Assembly: GCA_030429865.1 (NCBI GenBank)
Contig: JAUIFX010000003.1
Span: forward strand, 1-56,335
Origin: Gammaproteobacteria bacterium
GTDB lineage: Bacteria > Pseudomonadota > Gammaproteobacteria > Ga0077536
Length of the DNA stretch: 56,335 bases
Direction: 5' to 3'
The notes beneath the pieces are model-generated. The model made no database searches, had not been told where the DNA came from, and worked only from the letters and a program-made list of their open reading frames with translations. Below, piece by piece: positions 8,990-18,718 of the stretch; the first letter of the stretch is position 1; each line of letters opens with the position of its first letter. A program made the translations under genes and the position numbers.

Positions 8990-9808
8990 ATGCCGACGTC
9001 GGTGAAACCGGGCGGCGGCGCCGCGCCGGCACAGGAAGCGTCCGCGGTCTATCTCGGTACGGTGTTCCACCGCCGCCCCGCGCCGCGTGCGCACGCGCTG
9101 CGCTACGGCGTCTTCTACCTGCTGCTCGATCTCGACGAATTACCCGTGCTCGACCGCCGCTCGCGGCTGTTCGGCTACAACCGCGCGGCGTGGTTCTCGT
9201 TCTTCGATGCCGATCACGGCAGCGCTGATGGCCGCCCGTTCCGCGACTGGCTGCAGGAGGCCCTCGCCGCAGCGGGCATCGTGCGCGATGACTGGCGCTT
9301 CCGCGTGCTGTGCATGCCGCGCGTACTGGGCTACGTCTTCAACCCCATCACGGTGGTCTATTGCCACGACGGTGCGGGCCGTCTCGTCGCGATGCTCTAC
9401 GAAGTGAACAACACGTTCGGCGAGCGGCTGAGTTACGTCGTGCCGGTCGCCCCGCACGCCGCCGGCGCGGTCATCCGTCAGCGCTGCGACAAGGCGCTGT
9501 TCGTCTCGCCGTTCTTCGACATGCGGGGCCATTACGAATTCGCCGTGCGCGAACCGGGCGCGCGTGTCACGCTCGGTATCGACTACCGCGAGGAGGCGGC
9601 GCTGCGCCTGCGCGCCGTGTTCGCCGGACGCCGGCAGCCTTTCAGCGCGAAGACGCTGCGCGCGCTCGCCTGGCGTTACCCGGCGGCGACCCTCAAGGTC
9701 ATCGCCGCAATCCACTACGAAGCCCTCAAGCTATGGCTCAAGGGCATACCCGTGGTCCGTCACGTCACCGTGGGTGACCGTTCCATCTCGACAGGAAAAG
9801 CTACATGA
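8990..9808 (+). CDS. DUF1365 family protein (UfaO/RSP1090-like)
   Basis: YLGTVFHRR, PRVLGYVFNP, YEVNNTFGER, KALFVSPFF, IHYEALKLWLKG. Confidence 0.9.
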   Translation: MPTSVKPGGGAAPAQEASAVYLGTVFHRRPAPRAHALRYGVFYLLLDLDELPVLDRRSRLFGYNRAAWFSFFDADHGSADGRPFRDWLQEALAAAGIVRDDWRFRVLCMPRVLGYVFNPITVVYCHDGAGRLVAMLYEVNNTFGERLSYVVPVAPHAAGAVIRQRCDKALFVSPFFDMRGHYEFAVREPGARVTLGIDYREEAALRLRAVFAGRRQPFSAKTLRALAWRYPAATLKVIAAIHYEALKLWLKGIPVVRHVTVGDRSISTGKAT

Positions 9809-11034
9809 AGCAGAGCGCAACCATCACCCCGAGTCCGCGCGCCGCCTGGCGCAACCCGGCCCTGGGCTTCGTCTGTTCCCTGGGACGCCGTATCCGGCAC
9901 GGTGAACTCGTCATCGAGACACCCGGCGGTGAGGTGCTCGCCTTCGGTCCCGGCGGCAGCAGTGCCGATGGCGGGCACGGCGTGTGGCAGCTGCGCAATT
10001 ACCGCCCGCTTTGGGCGCTCGCCACGCGCGGCGCCCTCGGCCTCGCGGAGAGCTACCTGGCGGGCGACTGGGACAGTCCCGACCTTACCGCTCTGCTGAC
10101 CCTGGCGGCGCGCAACGAGCGCGATCTCGGCAGCGCGGCCGCCGGCAGCGCGTGGCTGACCTGGCCTGACCGCCTGTGGCACCGCCTGCACGCGAATTCG
10201 CGCCGCCAGGCCGCGCGCAACATCGCCTTCCACTACGACCTGGGCAACGACTTCTACGCGCACTGGCTCGATCCGAGCATGACCTATTCGGCAGCGCTGT
10301 TCGACGCCGCCGACGAGCCCCTCGAGGCGGCCCAACGGCGTAAGTACGCGCGCCTCGCCGACCTCGCCGGCGTGGCCGCCGGCGAGCGCGTGCTCGAGAT
10401 CGGATGCGGTTGGGGCGGCTTCATGGAATACGCCGCCGGTACGCGCGGCGCGGACGTGACCGGGGTCTCGATCTCGCCAGCCCAGTGCCGCTATGCGCGC
10501 GACCGGCTCGCGGCCGCCGGTCTCGCCGCGCGCACCCGCGTCGAGCAGCGCGACTACCGCGATCTCGACGGGCGCTACCCGTGCATCGTCTCGATCGAGA
10601 TGTTCGAGGCGGTCGGCGAAGCATACTGGGACACCTACGCGCGGCAGCTCGCCGCACGCCTTGAACCGGGCGGAGCCGCGGCGCTGCAGATCATCACGAT
10701 CGCCGAGGACCGGTTCGACAACTACCGGCGCAATCCCGATTTCATCCAGCGCTACGTGTTCCCGGGCGGCATGCTGCCGAGCGATGGCGCGCTTGCCGCG
10801 ACGCTGGCGCGCGCCGGACTGCGCATCACCGAGCGGCATGCCTGCGCGCTCGACTACGCGCGCACGCTGGCACGCTGGCGCGAACGCTTCGATGCCAGCT
10901 GGCCGGCGATCAGCGCGCTGGGCTTCGATGCGCGGTTCCGGCGGCTGTGGCATTTCTACCTTGCCTACTGCGAGGCCGGCTTCCGTACGGGTGCCACCGA
11001 CGTGGTCCAGATCCGCGTCGAACACGCGCGATGA
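9805..11034 (+). CDS. cfa: Cyclopropane-fatty-acyl-phospholipid synthase family methyltransferase (CfaS/UfaM-like)
   Basis: HYDLGNDFY, MTYSAA, LEIGCGWG, SIEMFEAVG, FIQRYVFPGG, YLAYCEAGF. Confidence 0.92.
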   Translation: MKQSATITPSPRAAWRNPALGFVCSLGRRIRHGELVIETPGGEVLAFGPGGSSADGGHGVWQLRNYRPLWALATRGALGLAESYLAGDWDSPDLTALLTLAARNERDLGSAAAGSAWLTWPDRLWHRLHANSRRQAARNIAFHYDLGNDFYAHWLDPSMTYSAALFDAADEPLEAAQRRKYARLADLAGVAAGERVLEIGCGWGGFMEYAAGTRGADVTGVSISPAQCRYARDRLAAAGLAARTRVEQRDYRDLDGRYPCIVSIEMFEAVGEAYWDTYARQLAARLEPGGAAALQIITIAEDRFDNYRRNPDFIQRYVFPGGMLPSDGALAATLARAGLRITERHACALDYARTLARWRERFDASWPAISALGFDARFRRLWHFYLAYCEAGFRTGATDVVQIRVEHAR

Positions 11035-12353
11035 CACCGGCAGGCGGCCTGCGTCGCGTCACGCTGGCCGCCTACGGCGCGCCGGGACTGGCCGCGGCGC
11101 TGCCCGTGATCCCCGTCGCGGTGCTGCTGCCGACGTGGTACGCGCGTGACCTCGGCCTCGGCTTCGCGCTCACCGGTATCGTGCTGGCCCTGGCGCGGGT
11201 GCTCGATTTCCTCGCCGACCCGCTGGTTGGCCTGCTTACCGATCGCGTGGCCTGGCGCGGGCTGCGCTACAAGCCATGGACGCTGGCCGGTGCGCTGCTC
11301 GCGGCCATCGGCATGGCCATGCTGGCGCTCCCGCCCGAGCCGGCCGGCGCACTGCATCTCGGCTTTGGGGCGGTGCTGCTGTTCGGTGGCTGGAGCCTGT
11401 TCACCATTCCCTACACGGCCTGGGGGGCGGAGCTCTCCGACGACGTGCACGAACGCTCGCTGATTGCCGCGAGTCGCGAAGTCGCGGGCCTCGTCGGCAT
11501 GCTCGTCGCGCTTGCGCTGCCGGCGTGGCTGCTCGCGGGCGGCGCCGGCGGTGCGGCGCCGGCACCTTTCGTCGCTCTCGCCGTTGCCGCCGGCGTGCTC
11601 GGCATCCCGGCCATCGCGGCGCTGTTGTGGCTGGTGCCGGAGCCGGCGCGGGCGGCGCACCATGAGCCGGTGACCTGGCGCGACCTGCGCGACCTGCTGC
11701 ATGTACCGGCCTGCCGGCGCACACTCGCATGCTGGTTCGTCAACGGCATCGCGAACGGCCTTCCCGCGGTGCTGTTCCCCCTGGTCGTCAGTGACTGGCT
11801 GGCGCTCGGCGAGCGTGACACCTTCTTCCTGCTCGCGTGTTATTTCGGGGCCGCCGTCGTGGGCGCGCCTTTGTGGCTCGCGCTCGCCCGGCGGCACGGC
11901 AAGCAGCGTGCGTGGCGTGGCGCGATCGCACTCAACGTGGTGGTCTTCGCGCAGGTCGCCTGGCTCGGCCCCGACAGCGCTACCTGGTTCTACCCCGTGT
12001 GCCTGCTGTCGGGCTTCTCGCTCGGCGCCGACCTCGCCCTGCCGCCGTCGATCCAGGCCGACGTACTGGCCGAGGACCGCGCCGTGAGCGGGCGGCAGCG
12101 CACCGCGAGCGCGTTCGCGCTGTGGACCATGGCGACCAAGCTCGCGCTGGCGCTTGCCGTCGCGGTGGCCTTCGTCGGGCTCGGCGTGCAGGACACGGGG
12201 GCCGCGGACGCCGGCCCGGTCGACGTGCAGCACCTGCTGATCGGTTACGTGGTCGTTCCCGTCCTGCTCAAGCTCGCGGTGCTCGTCATGTTGCGCGCGC
12301 CCCTGGTGGGGCGCTCACACGCGCACGGCGAGACGTCGGCGCAGGTAGCGTAG
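11031..12353 (+). CDS. MFS transporter (GPH/melibiose-like)
   Basis: About 12 hydrophobic segments; DFLADPLVG, IPYTAWGAELS; ATGA overlap with cfa. Confidence 0.85.
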   Translation: MTPAGGLRRVTLAAYGAPGLAAALPVIPVAVLLPTWYARDLGLGFALTGIVLALARVLDFLADPLVGLLTDRVAWRGLRYKPWTLAGALLAAIGMAMLALPPEPAGALHLGFGAVLLFGGWSLFTIPYTAWGAELSDDVHERSLIAASREVAGLVGMLVALALPAWLLAGGAGGAAPAPFVALAVAAGVLGIPAIAALLWLVPEPARAAHHEPVTWRDLRDLLHVPACRRTLACWFVNGIANGLPAVLFPLVVSDWLALGERDTFFLLACYFGAAVVGAPLWLALARRHGKQRAWRGAIALNVVVFAQVAWLGPDSATWFYPVCLLSGFSLGADLALPPSIQADVLAEDRAVSGRQRTASAFALWTMATKLALALAVAVAFVGLGVQDTGAADAGPVDVQHLLIGYVVVPVLLKLAVLVMLRAPLVGRSHAHGETSAQVA

Positions 12354-12773
12354 CAGGCGGCCGAGCACGGGCAGACGCTCGTAGAGGCCGCCCGCGGCGT
12401 CCCAGTAATCGAAATGCGCGCAGATCCGGCCGTCGCGATCGAGGTGGATCTCGGAGCAGCCGGCGACCGTCCAGGTGGCGTCGCCGAGACGCGGCAGGCG
12501 CGCGCGCAGCCGCCACGTGACGAGCGCGAGCCGGACGCCGTCCGCGCGCGGCGCATCCTCGAGCGCGCGTGCGTCGACGAGGAACTCGATGTCTTCGAGC
12601 TTCTCCAGCATGTCCGCGAACACCGCGCGAAACGCGGCACCGCCGCGCACGTCGTTGAACGGATCGCGAAACCGCACATCCGGGGTGCACAGCGCGAGAA
12701 GTGCGTCGAGATGCGCCGCGTCCAGCCGCGCGAGGCAGTCGAGGTAGGTGTCGAGCGACGCAGCCGCGTTCAT
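12315..12773 (-). CDS. SnoaL/NTF2-like protein
   Basis: DVRFRDPFNDVRG and HFDYWDAA...YERLP motifs; TGATG coupling to the SDR. Confidence 0.85.
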   Translation of the reverse strand: MNAAASLDTYLDCLARLDAAHLDALLALCTPDVRFRDPFNDVRGGAAFRAVFADMLEKLEDIEFLVDARALEDAPRADGVRLALVTWRLRARLPRLGDATWTVAGCSEIHLDRDGRICAHFDYWDAAGGLYERLPVLGRLLRYLRRRLAVRV

Positions 12774-13525
12774 CAGCGCAGCATGCGCTGGCGCAGCGGA
12801 TAGGACAAGGCTTCGGGCAGCGTGGCGAACAGGCGCATCGCGAGGCTCATGCGCCGTGGGAAGCGGATGCGGAAGCGGCGCCGATCGAGGCCGTGGCGCA
12901 CGATGCGCGCGGCGACGTCGGCATCGATCAGGAACGGCATCGGGAAGTCGTTTTTCGCCGTCAGCGGTGTACGCACGAAGCCCGGCTCGATCAGCGACAG
13001 GTCGATACCCTGCACGGCGAGTTCCGGCCGCAGCGCCTGGCACAAGCGGACCAGCGCGGCCTTGCTCGCGCTGTAGGGGCCGGCGTAGGGCAGACCGATG
13101 TCGCCGGCGACGGAGCCGGTCACGGCGATGTGCCCGCCGCGCCGCGCGCGTAGCCGCGGCGCGAGCAGCTCGACGGATCGCGTGAAAGCGAACACGTTCA
13201 GCTCGAACAGCGCGGCGATGGCCGCCGTGTCGAGTTCGGCGAGGCCCATCGGCTGGTACGTCCCGGCGTTGAGAATGACCAGGTCCGGCAGGCCACCGTC
13301 GCGTTCGATGGCGTCGAGGACCGCGGCGAGTTCGTCGGGCCGGGTCACGTCGGCGGGGTGGATGGCGGCCCGCGGACCGCAGCGCCCGGCGACCTCGGCG
13401 AGCGCCTCGCGGCGCCGCGCCGTGAGCAGCACCTGCGCCCCCGCGGCTGCATACTCTTCGGCCAGCGCCGCGCCCAGCCCGCTGCTGGCTCCCGTGATCC
13501 AGACCCGTTCGGCGGTGGCCGCCAC
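12773..13525 (-). CDS. Short-chain dehydrogenase/reductase
   Basis: ITGASSGLG, ILNAG, YSASK, PGFVRT. Confidence 0.92.
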   Translation of the reverse strand: MAATAERVWITGASSGLGAALAEEYAAAGAQVLLTARRREALAEVAGRCGPRAAIHPADVTRPDELAAVLDAIERDGGLPDLVILNAGTYQPMGLAELDTAAIAALFELNVFAFTRSVELLAPRLRARRGGHIAVTGSVAGDIGLPYAGPYSASKAALVRLCQALRPELAVQGIDLSLIEPGFVRTPLTAKNDFPMPFLIDADVAARIVRHGLDRRRFRIRFPRRMSLAMRLFATLPEALSYPLRQRMLR

Positions 13526-13526
13526 G

Positions 13527-14330
13527 TCAGATCGCCGGCGCGGCGCAGCTGCGGCAGACGTAGAGAATCTGCGAGCCGTCGCCGCCGGCGAATGCCAGGC
13601 CGCTCCAGCGGCCGCGGGCGTCGTACCACACGCGCGTCTCGAGGTCGCCCGAGTAGGCGTAGCAGACGCTGCCCGGCGCGGCCTGTTCGACGAGCGGCTC
13701 GCCTTGTGCGCACGGACGGATGGTCACGGCGTTGACGTTTCCGGTCAGGGTGTTGAGCACCTCGCGCTCCGCGACGACCCGGGGATTCCAGTGATCGGTC
13801 GGCAGCAGGCCGGCGTCGGCACGGACGACGCGCTCGCCGTGGCGCACGACGAGCGCACCGGCTTCGCGCCGTGCGAGCGTGCGGCGTTCCTCGCCGTTGT
13901 CGTCGACGCGCGCATCGAGTTCGAGCAGGCCGTCGCCGCACCAGCGCGTGCGCGACTCGTAGGTGAAGTCGTAGACCGGCACGAGGAGGATGCGTATGTC
14001 GAGCCGCATGCGCGAATTGACGCGAATGCCGTCGTCGTCGAGCTCGAACCGCGTGACGTGCTCACCCACGCGCTTGCCGTTGCGCAGCACGTCGAACTCG
14101 ATGGCATCGCCGTAGCGGCTGGCAATGAACGCGGCCAGTTCGGCGCTGTCGGTACAGGCCGCCGCGGTGCGGACGCCGCACGCGAACAACAGGCCGACGG
14201 ATACCAGAGCCGCGAGCAGGCGGCGCGTAAGGCGCAGGTCGCCGCGGCCCACGAACAGCACGTGGGGGAGGAGGGGTGCGCGGCCGGGACCACGGCGACC
14301 TGCTGAGCGGACTCGACGGATGTCGTTCAC
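13527..14330 (-). CDS. DUF6134-like exported protein
   Basis: FDVLRNGKRVGEH, W-C...VDDNG, WNP...LNTLTG, VWYD...W motifs; typical of these clusters. Start uncertain. Confidence 0.65.
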   Translation of the reverse strand: MNDIRRVRSAGRRGPGRAPLLPHVLFVGRGDLRLTRRLLAALVSVGLLFACGVRTAAACTDSAELAAFIASRYGDAIEFDVLRNGKRVGEHVTRFELDDDGIRVNSRMRLDIRILLVPVYDFTYESRTRWCGDGLLELDARVDDNGEERRTLARREAGALVVRHGERVVRADAGLLPTDHWNPRVVAEREVLNTLTGNVNAVTIRPCAQGEPLVEQAAPGSVCYAYSGDLETRVWYDARGRWSGLAFAGGDGSQILYVCRSCAAPAI

Positions 14331-14338
14331 GTCAGCAT

Positions 14339-14364
14339 TACGCCGCCCGGCCGCCGCCGGATCA
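14339..14364 (-). promoter_or_regulatory. sigmaE (ECF11) promoter for the DUF6134-SDR-NTF2 operon
   Basis: Minus strand TGATCC-N15-GCGTA ending 8 nt before the GTG at 14330. Confidence 0.82.
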
Positions 14365-14393
14365 CCATGCCGCGGGGCTGGCGCTGCCCGGGA

Positions 14394-15083
14394 TCATCCC
14401 GCGGCCGGCCGCGTCACCCCGGGGAGGGAGAATCGCGCCGAGATTTCGATCCAGTTGCCGTCAGGATCGCTGACGAACGCGTAGCGCGCGACGTCGCCGA
14501 GCGTGATCGGCTCCTGCACCACGGCGCCGCCGCGCGCCGCGATCTGCGCGCAGGCGGCGTCGGCATCGAAGATCTGTACCGTCAGGTAGCGGAAGTTGGG
14601 GCCGATGAAGCTGGCTGCCGGCGTGCCGCCAGCCCCCTCGACGACGAACAGCAGGCTGTCGCCGCAGCGCACGCTGCGTTCGCCGACCTGCTCGAACTCC
14701 ATCGCCTGCGTGTAGAAGGTCATCATGCGTTCCGGATCGGGTGTTGCCACGGTCACGCCGATGCCGACCACGCCATCGGTGCCGGGCGGCACCAGGCGCA
14801 CGCCGTCGCCGCCCGGGTGCTGACCGCTCCAGGCCGGCGCGCCGTCGCGCGCGATGGTCAGGCCGACGTAACCCGTCGGTGGCAGCGCGGCCAGCGGTCC
14901 GGGGTGGTGGTTCACCTTGATCACCGAGTCGTGGGCGTCGTAGCGATGCTGCACGATGCCCTCGATACCGAGTTCGAGGCGATGGTCGAGCCGCAAGCCG
15001 GCGGTCTCGCCCCAGAACCGGGTATGCGCGTCGATGTCGGTAGTGAACAGGCCGATGTCGATATGGGGTTTGGCGAGGCGCAT
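14394..15083 (-). CDS. VOC/glyoxalase family protein (two VOC repeats)
   Basis: C-terminal AFVSDPDGNWIEIS; repeated beta-alpha-beta pattern. Confidence 0.8.
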   Translation of the reverse strand: MRLAKPHIDIGLFTTDIDAHTRFWGETAGLRLDHRLELGIEGIVQHRYDAHDSVIKVNHHPGPLAALPPTGYVGLTIARDGAPAWSGQHPGGDGVRLVPPGTDGVVGIGVTVATPDPERMMTFYTQAMEFEQVGERSVRCGDSLLFVVEGAGGTPAASFIGPNFRYLTVQIFDADAACAQIAARGGAVVQEPITLGDVARYAFVSDPDGNWIEISARFSLPGVTRPAAG

Positions 15084-15128
15084 GGACGTCTCCTGGCTGG
15101 CTGCTTGTCGGCCGGGCGCGATGCGCGC

Positions 15129-16202
15129 TCAGAGCGCGTCGAGCGCGTCCACGGCGTCGTTGTCGATGGCCTGGTAGGCGCCGTCGGTGACCATCTTCAT
15201 GAACAGGCGATCGCCGCGCTCGGTCGGCTTGACGATCACCGTCGCGGCGATGGCGACGACCAGCACGGCGAAGCTGTAATGCCGGTAGTCGGCCATGAGG
15301 TGTTCGAAGTCGTAGCCGCGCACCCCTTGTGCGAGCAGGCGTTCGTGGTAGTCGCGCAGCAGGTCGCGTTCGACCGCGCGGCGCGTGTCGCGCTCGAAGG
15401 CGCCGCCGAGGAAGTACGCGACGTCCATGCCGGTACCGAGGTAGGCGCTGGTCTGCCAATCGACGATCGCGATACGCGGCCCGCCGAAGAGCATGTTGTC
15501 GACGCGGAAATCGTTGTGCGAGAAACATTTCGGCGCTGCACGCGGTGCATTCCAGGCGGCGTGCCGGCGCACGAACTTGTCGCACACCGCGATCACCGCG
15601 GGGTCCATGCGGTGCCCGTAGGTGCGTTCGAAATGCGCCCAGGAACTCTCCACCAGCTCGGTGGTGTAAAAACCCTGTGCGCCCTCGGGTACGTACAGCC
15701 AGGGCTGCGCGGCGAGGTCGTCGTCGTCCCAGAAGGCCGCGTGCAGTAATGCCGCTTCGTCGAGCGCGAGCCGGGCCTCGTCGACCGAACAGCCCTGCAT
15801 GTGGTCGCCCTGCACGGCCGGCGCGAGGTCCTCGAGCAGCAGCACGAAATCGTTGTCCGGGCCGAGTTCCGCGGCGTAGACCGCGGGCGTGTTGATCGCG
15901 GTGCGATGGGCGAGCTCGCGGTAGAACATCAGCTCCGAGCGGTAGAAGCCCATCTGCTTGCCGGTGTTGGCCGCGGTTTCGTTATCGGACGGAAACTTGC
16001 CGACCAGTGTCGCCGGTGCCGCGGGCGGCGGCGTGCCGGCATAGTCGAGCATGAAGCGGCGCGTCTCGCCGAGCTGGCCGGTGCCGACCGTCTCGGTGCG
16101 GATCGCGGTGACCGTCGCGTCGATGCCGCGGGCGGCGAGGGCGGCCGTGATCCAGGCGGGCGTGACGCCCTCCGGGCCCACGATGGGCAGGCTTGATGTC
16201 AT
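15129..16202 (-). CDS. APH/choline-kinase-like phosphotransferase (EcKinase/DUF1679-like)
   Basis: HNDFRVDN (Brenner motif), IVDWQ, LLLEDL. Confidence 0.85.
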   Translation of the reverse strand: MTSSLPIVGPEGVTPAWITAALAARGIDATVTAIRTETVGTGQLGETRRFMLDYAGTPPPAAPATLVGKFPSDNETAANTGKQMGFYRSELMFYRELAHRTAINTPAVYAAELGPDNDFVLLLEDLAPAVQGDHMQGCSVDEARLALDEAALLHAAFWDDDDLAAQPWLYVPEGAQGFYTTELVESSWAHFERTYGHRMDPAVIAVCDKFVRRHAAWNAPRAAPKCFSHNDFRVDNMLFGGPRIAIVDWQTSAYLGTGMDVAYFLGGAFERDTRRAVERDLLRDYHERLLAQGVRGYDFEHLMADYRHYSFAVLVVAIAATVIVKPTERGDRLFMKMVTDGAYQAIDNDAVDALDAL

Positions 16203-16283
16203 CGAATTGGTACTCCCCTGTGGCGCGCTTGCGCGGCACCCATGTTATCGAATGCGCGGCACGCGGAGGAGCGGCGCAGCGGC

Positions 16284-18527
16284 TCAGGCGATGTCGACGG
16301 TGACCTCGACGCCGTTGAGCACGGCATTGCCGGAGAGCGGGTCGATGTCGGCGACGACGACGTCGTTGACGCTCGCGCCGGCGTGCGCACGGGCGCGCGC
16401 GAGGCGCGTGTCGTCGAAGCGGTGACCGTAACCGTGGGGCAGGCTGACCACGCCGGGACGCATCTCGTCGTGGACTTCGAGCGGCACTTCGACGACGCCG
16501 GCCGCCGATCGGAGCGCGACGCGGCTGCCGTCGGCGAGCCCGCGCGCGGCGGCGTCATCCGCGTGCATGCGCAAGGTGCAGCGTTCCGGGCGTTCGATCA
16601 AGGACGGCAGGTTGTGCATCCACGAGTTGTTGGAATGGAACTCGCGCCGCCCGATGAGCAGCAGCCGGTCGCTCGCGGGCGCCATGCCGAGCTCCGCCGC
16701 GGCGGCGGCGAGTTCGCCGTCGATGGCAGCATCGGCCAGCGCCAGGCGGCCGTCGCGCGTGCGCAGCCGGCCGGGTAATTGCGGCTGCATCGGACCGAGA
16801 TCGATGCCGTGCGGCGCTGCACGCAGCCGCGCGAGGTTGAGGCCGTCGATATCGTCGGCGAAGCCGTCGCCGAACGGCCCCGTGCGGACCAGGAAATCGA
16901 GCATGCGATCGCAGGGCTCCTCGCCGTCGATGCGCGCGAGGATGTCCTCGACGGCAGCGCCGGCGATGGGCGATGCCGGGTTGCCCACTTCGCGCGCGAC
17001 CTGTTCGGCGAGGTAGGCTTCGGCGCGCACGCCGACGTCCCCGCCGGGGTCTTCGCCTGCCGCGATCATCGCCAGCCGCAACAGGATGTCCTCCTCGGTT
17101 GGGCCTGCGGCGTCGAACACCCGCGGCGAGTAGTTGGCCACCGAGCGCACCGCGAAGCGCAGGAAAAGGATGTCGTAATGCGCGCGTTCGAGCGCCGAGG
17201 GCGGTGGCAGGACGACGTCGGCGTGGCGCGTCGTCTCGTTGAGGTAGATGTCGACGCTGAGCATGAAATCGAGGCCGGCCAAGGCGCGGTCGAGACGGCC
17301 GCCATCCGGCGTCGACAGCACCGGGTTGCCGGCGATCGTGACCAGGGCCCGGACCTGGCCGTCGCCGGGCGTCTCGATCTCCTCGGCCAGGCAGGCTACC
17401 GGCAGTTCGCCCATCACCTCGGGATGCCCGGCCACGCGCGAGTGCCAGCGCCCGGTGGCGAAGCCGCGCCCGCCGGGTGTGCCGTCGTGCACGCGGTCGT
17501 GCGGCGCGAGCGGAAACATCACGCCGCCCTCGCGATCGAGATTGCCGGTAAGGATATTGAGCAGCTCCGTGGCCCAGGCGGCAAGCGTGCCGTGCCGGTT
17601 GGCATGGCTGCCGATGCGCGCGTAGACGGCCGCACGCGGCGCCGCGGCGAGTTCGCGTGCGATCCGCCGCGTCGTCGCGGCATCGATGTCGCAGCGCGCG
17701 GCGACCGCTTCGGGCGTGAAAGCGGCGAGCCGCGCGGCGAGCGTGTCGAGGCCATCAGTGAACGCGGCCAGGCGGCCGGGGGCGGCGCGGCCTTCGCTGA
17801 CGATGACCTGGGCCAGGGCGAGCATCCAGTGGGCATCGAAACCGGGGCGGATCGCAAGGTGCAGGTCGGCGTGTTCGGCGGTACGCGTGCGCCGCGGATC
17901 GACTACCACGAAGCGCCCCCCGCGGCGCCGCAGGCGCCGGATGCGCCCGGGCAGGTCGGGTGCGGTCCACAGCGAACCGTTCGATTCCCACGGGTTCGCG
18001 CCGAGCAGGAGCAGGTAGTCGGTGCGGTCGATGTCCGGCACCGGCAGCGCGAAGGGATCGCCGAACATCAGGCCGCTGGCGACGTGCTTGGGGATCTGGT
18101 CGACGGTCGAGGCGGTGAACAGCTGGCGCGTGTTGAGTGCTTTCAGCAGTGGACGCAGGAACAGCGAGCCGGCGAGGTTGTGCACGGTCGGATTGCCGAC
18201 GTAGACGCCGATGCCCGCCCGACCGCGCTCGGCGAGCCAGGGCGCGAGCCCTTCGCTCACGCGTGCCCAGGCTTCCTCCCAGCTCGCCTCCTGCAGCCGC
18301 CCGTCACGCCGTACCAGGGGCCGGCGCAGGCGATCCGGATCGTCGTGCAGTTCGCCGAGCGCGACGCCCTTGGGACACAGGTAACCGGCGCTGAGCACGT
18401 CGTCGCGATCGCCGCGCACGCGGAGCACGCGGCCGTCACGCACGCTGATGGCCAGGCCGCAGGTCGCTTCACACAGCGGGCAAGTGCGGTAAGCGGTACG
18501 GGTCTCGGCGTGGCTGGCGGCGTTCAT
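16284..18527 (-). CDS. Molybdopterin-dependent oxidoreductase with N-terminal 4Fe-4S site
   Basis: CPLCEATC...CPKG, GANPWESNGS, VVVDPRRT, NSWMHN, C-terminal MopB binding domain. Confidence 0.9.
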   Translation of the reverse strand: MNAASHAETRTAYRTCPLCEATCGLAISVRDGRVLRVRGDRDDVLSAGYLCPKGVALGELHDDPDRLRRPLVRRDGRLQEASWEEAWARVSEGLAPWLAERGRAGIGVYVGNPTVHNLAGSLFLRPLLKALNTRQLFTASTVDQIPKHVASGLMFGDPFALPVPDIDRTDYLLLLGANPWESNGSLWTAPDLPGRIRRLRRRGGRFVVVDPRRTRTAEHADLHLAIRPGFDAHWMLALAQVIVSEGRAAPGRLAAFTDGLDTLAARLAAFTPEAVAARCDIDAATTRRIARELAAAPRAAVYARIGSHANRHGTLAAWATELLNILTGNLDREGGVMFPLAPHDRVHDGTPGGRGFATGRWHSRVAGHPEVMGELPVACLAEEIETPGDGQVRALVTIAGNPVLSTPDGGRLDRALAGLDFMLSVDIYLNETTRHADVVLPPPSALERAHYDILFLRFAVRSVANYSPRVFDAAGPTEEDILLRLAMIAAGEDPGGDVGVRAEAYLAEQVAREVGNPASPIAGAAVEDILARIDGEEPCDRMLDFLVRTGPFGDGFADDIDGLNLARLRAAPHGIDLGPMQPQLPGRLRTRDGRLALADAAIDGELAAAAAELGMAPASDRLLLIGRREFHSNNSWMHNLPSLIERPERCTLRMHADDAAARGLADGSRVALRSAAGVVEVPLEVHDEMRPGVVSLPHGYGHRFDDTRLARARAHAGASVNDVVVADIDPLSGNAVLNGVEVTVDIA

Positions 18528-18667
18528 GGTGGATACTCCTCGCAAAATCGTCGCGCGGCCGGCCCCGGCTGCGCGTGGCGGCAGTGTAGCGTGGCGACCG
18601 CGATGATGCGCGGGCGCCGGCGTGCTTGCCGCGCGTCCTGCGATCGTCCCGCAACCACGAATAATTT

Positions 18668-18681
18668 TGAGACCGGTTCTA
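18668..18681. promoter_or_regulatory. Palindromic operator candidate TGAGACCGGTTCTA
   Basis: Imperfect palindrome in an AT-rich patch between divergent genes. Confidence 0.45.
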
Positions 18682-18718
18682 GAATAGGACGCTCGTCTGC
18701 CCCGGGGAGCGCATCATC

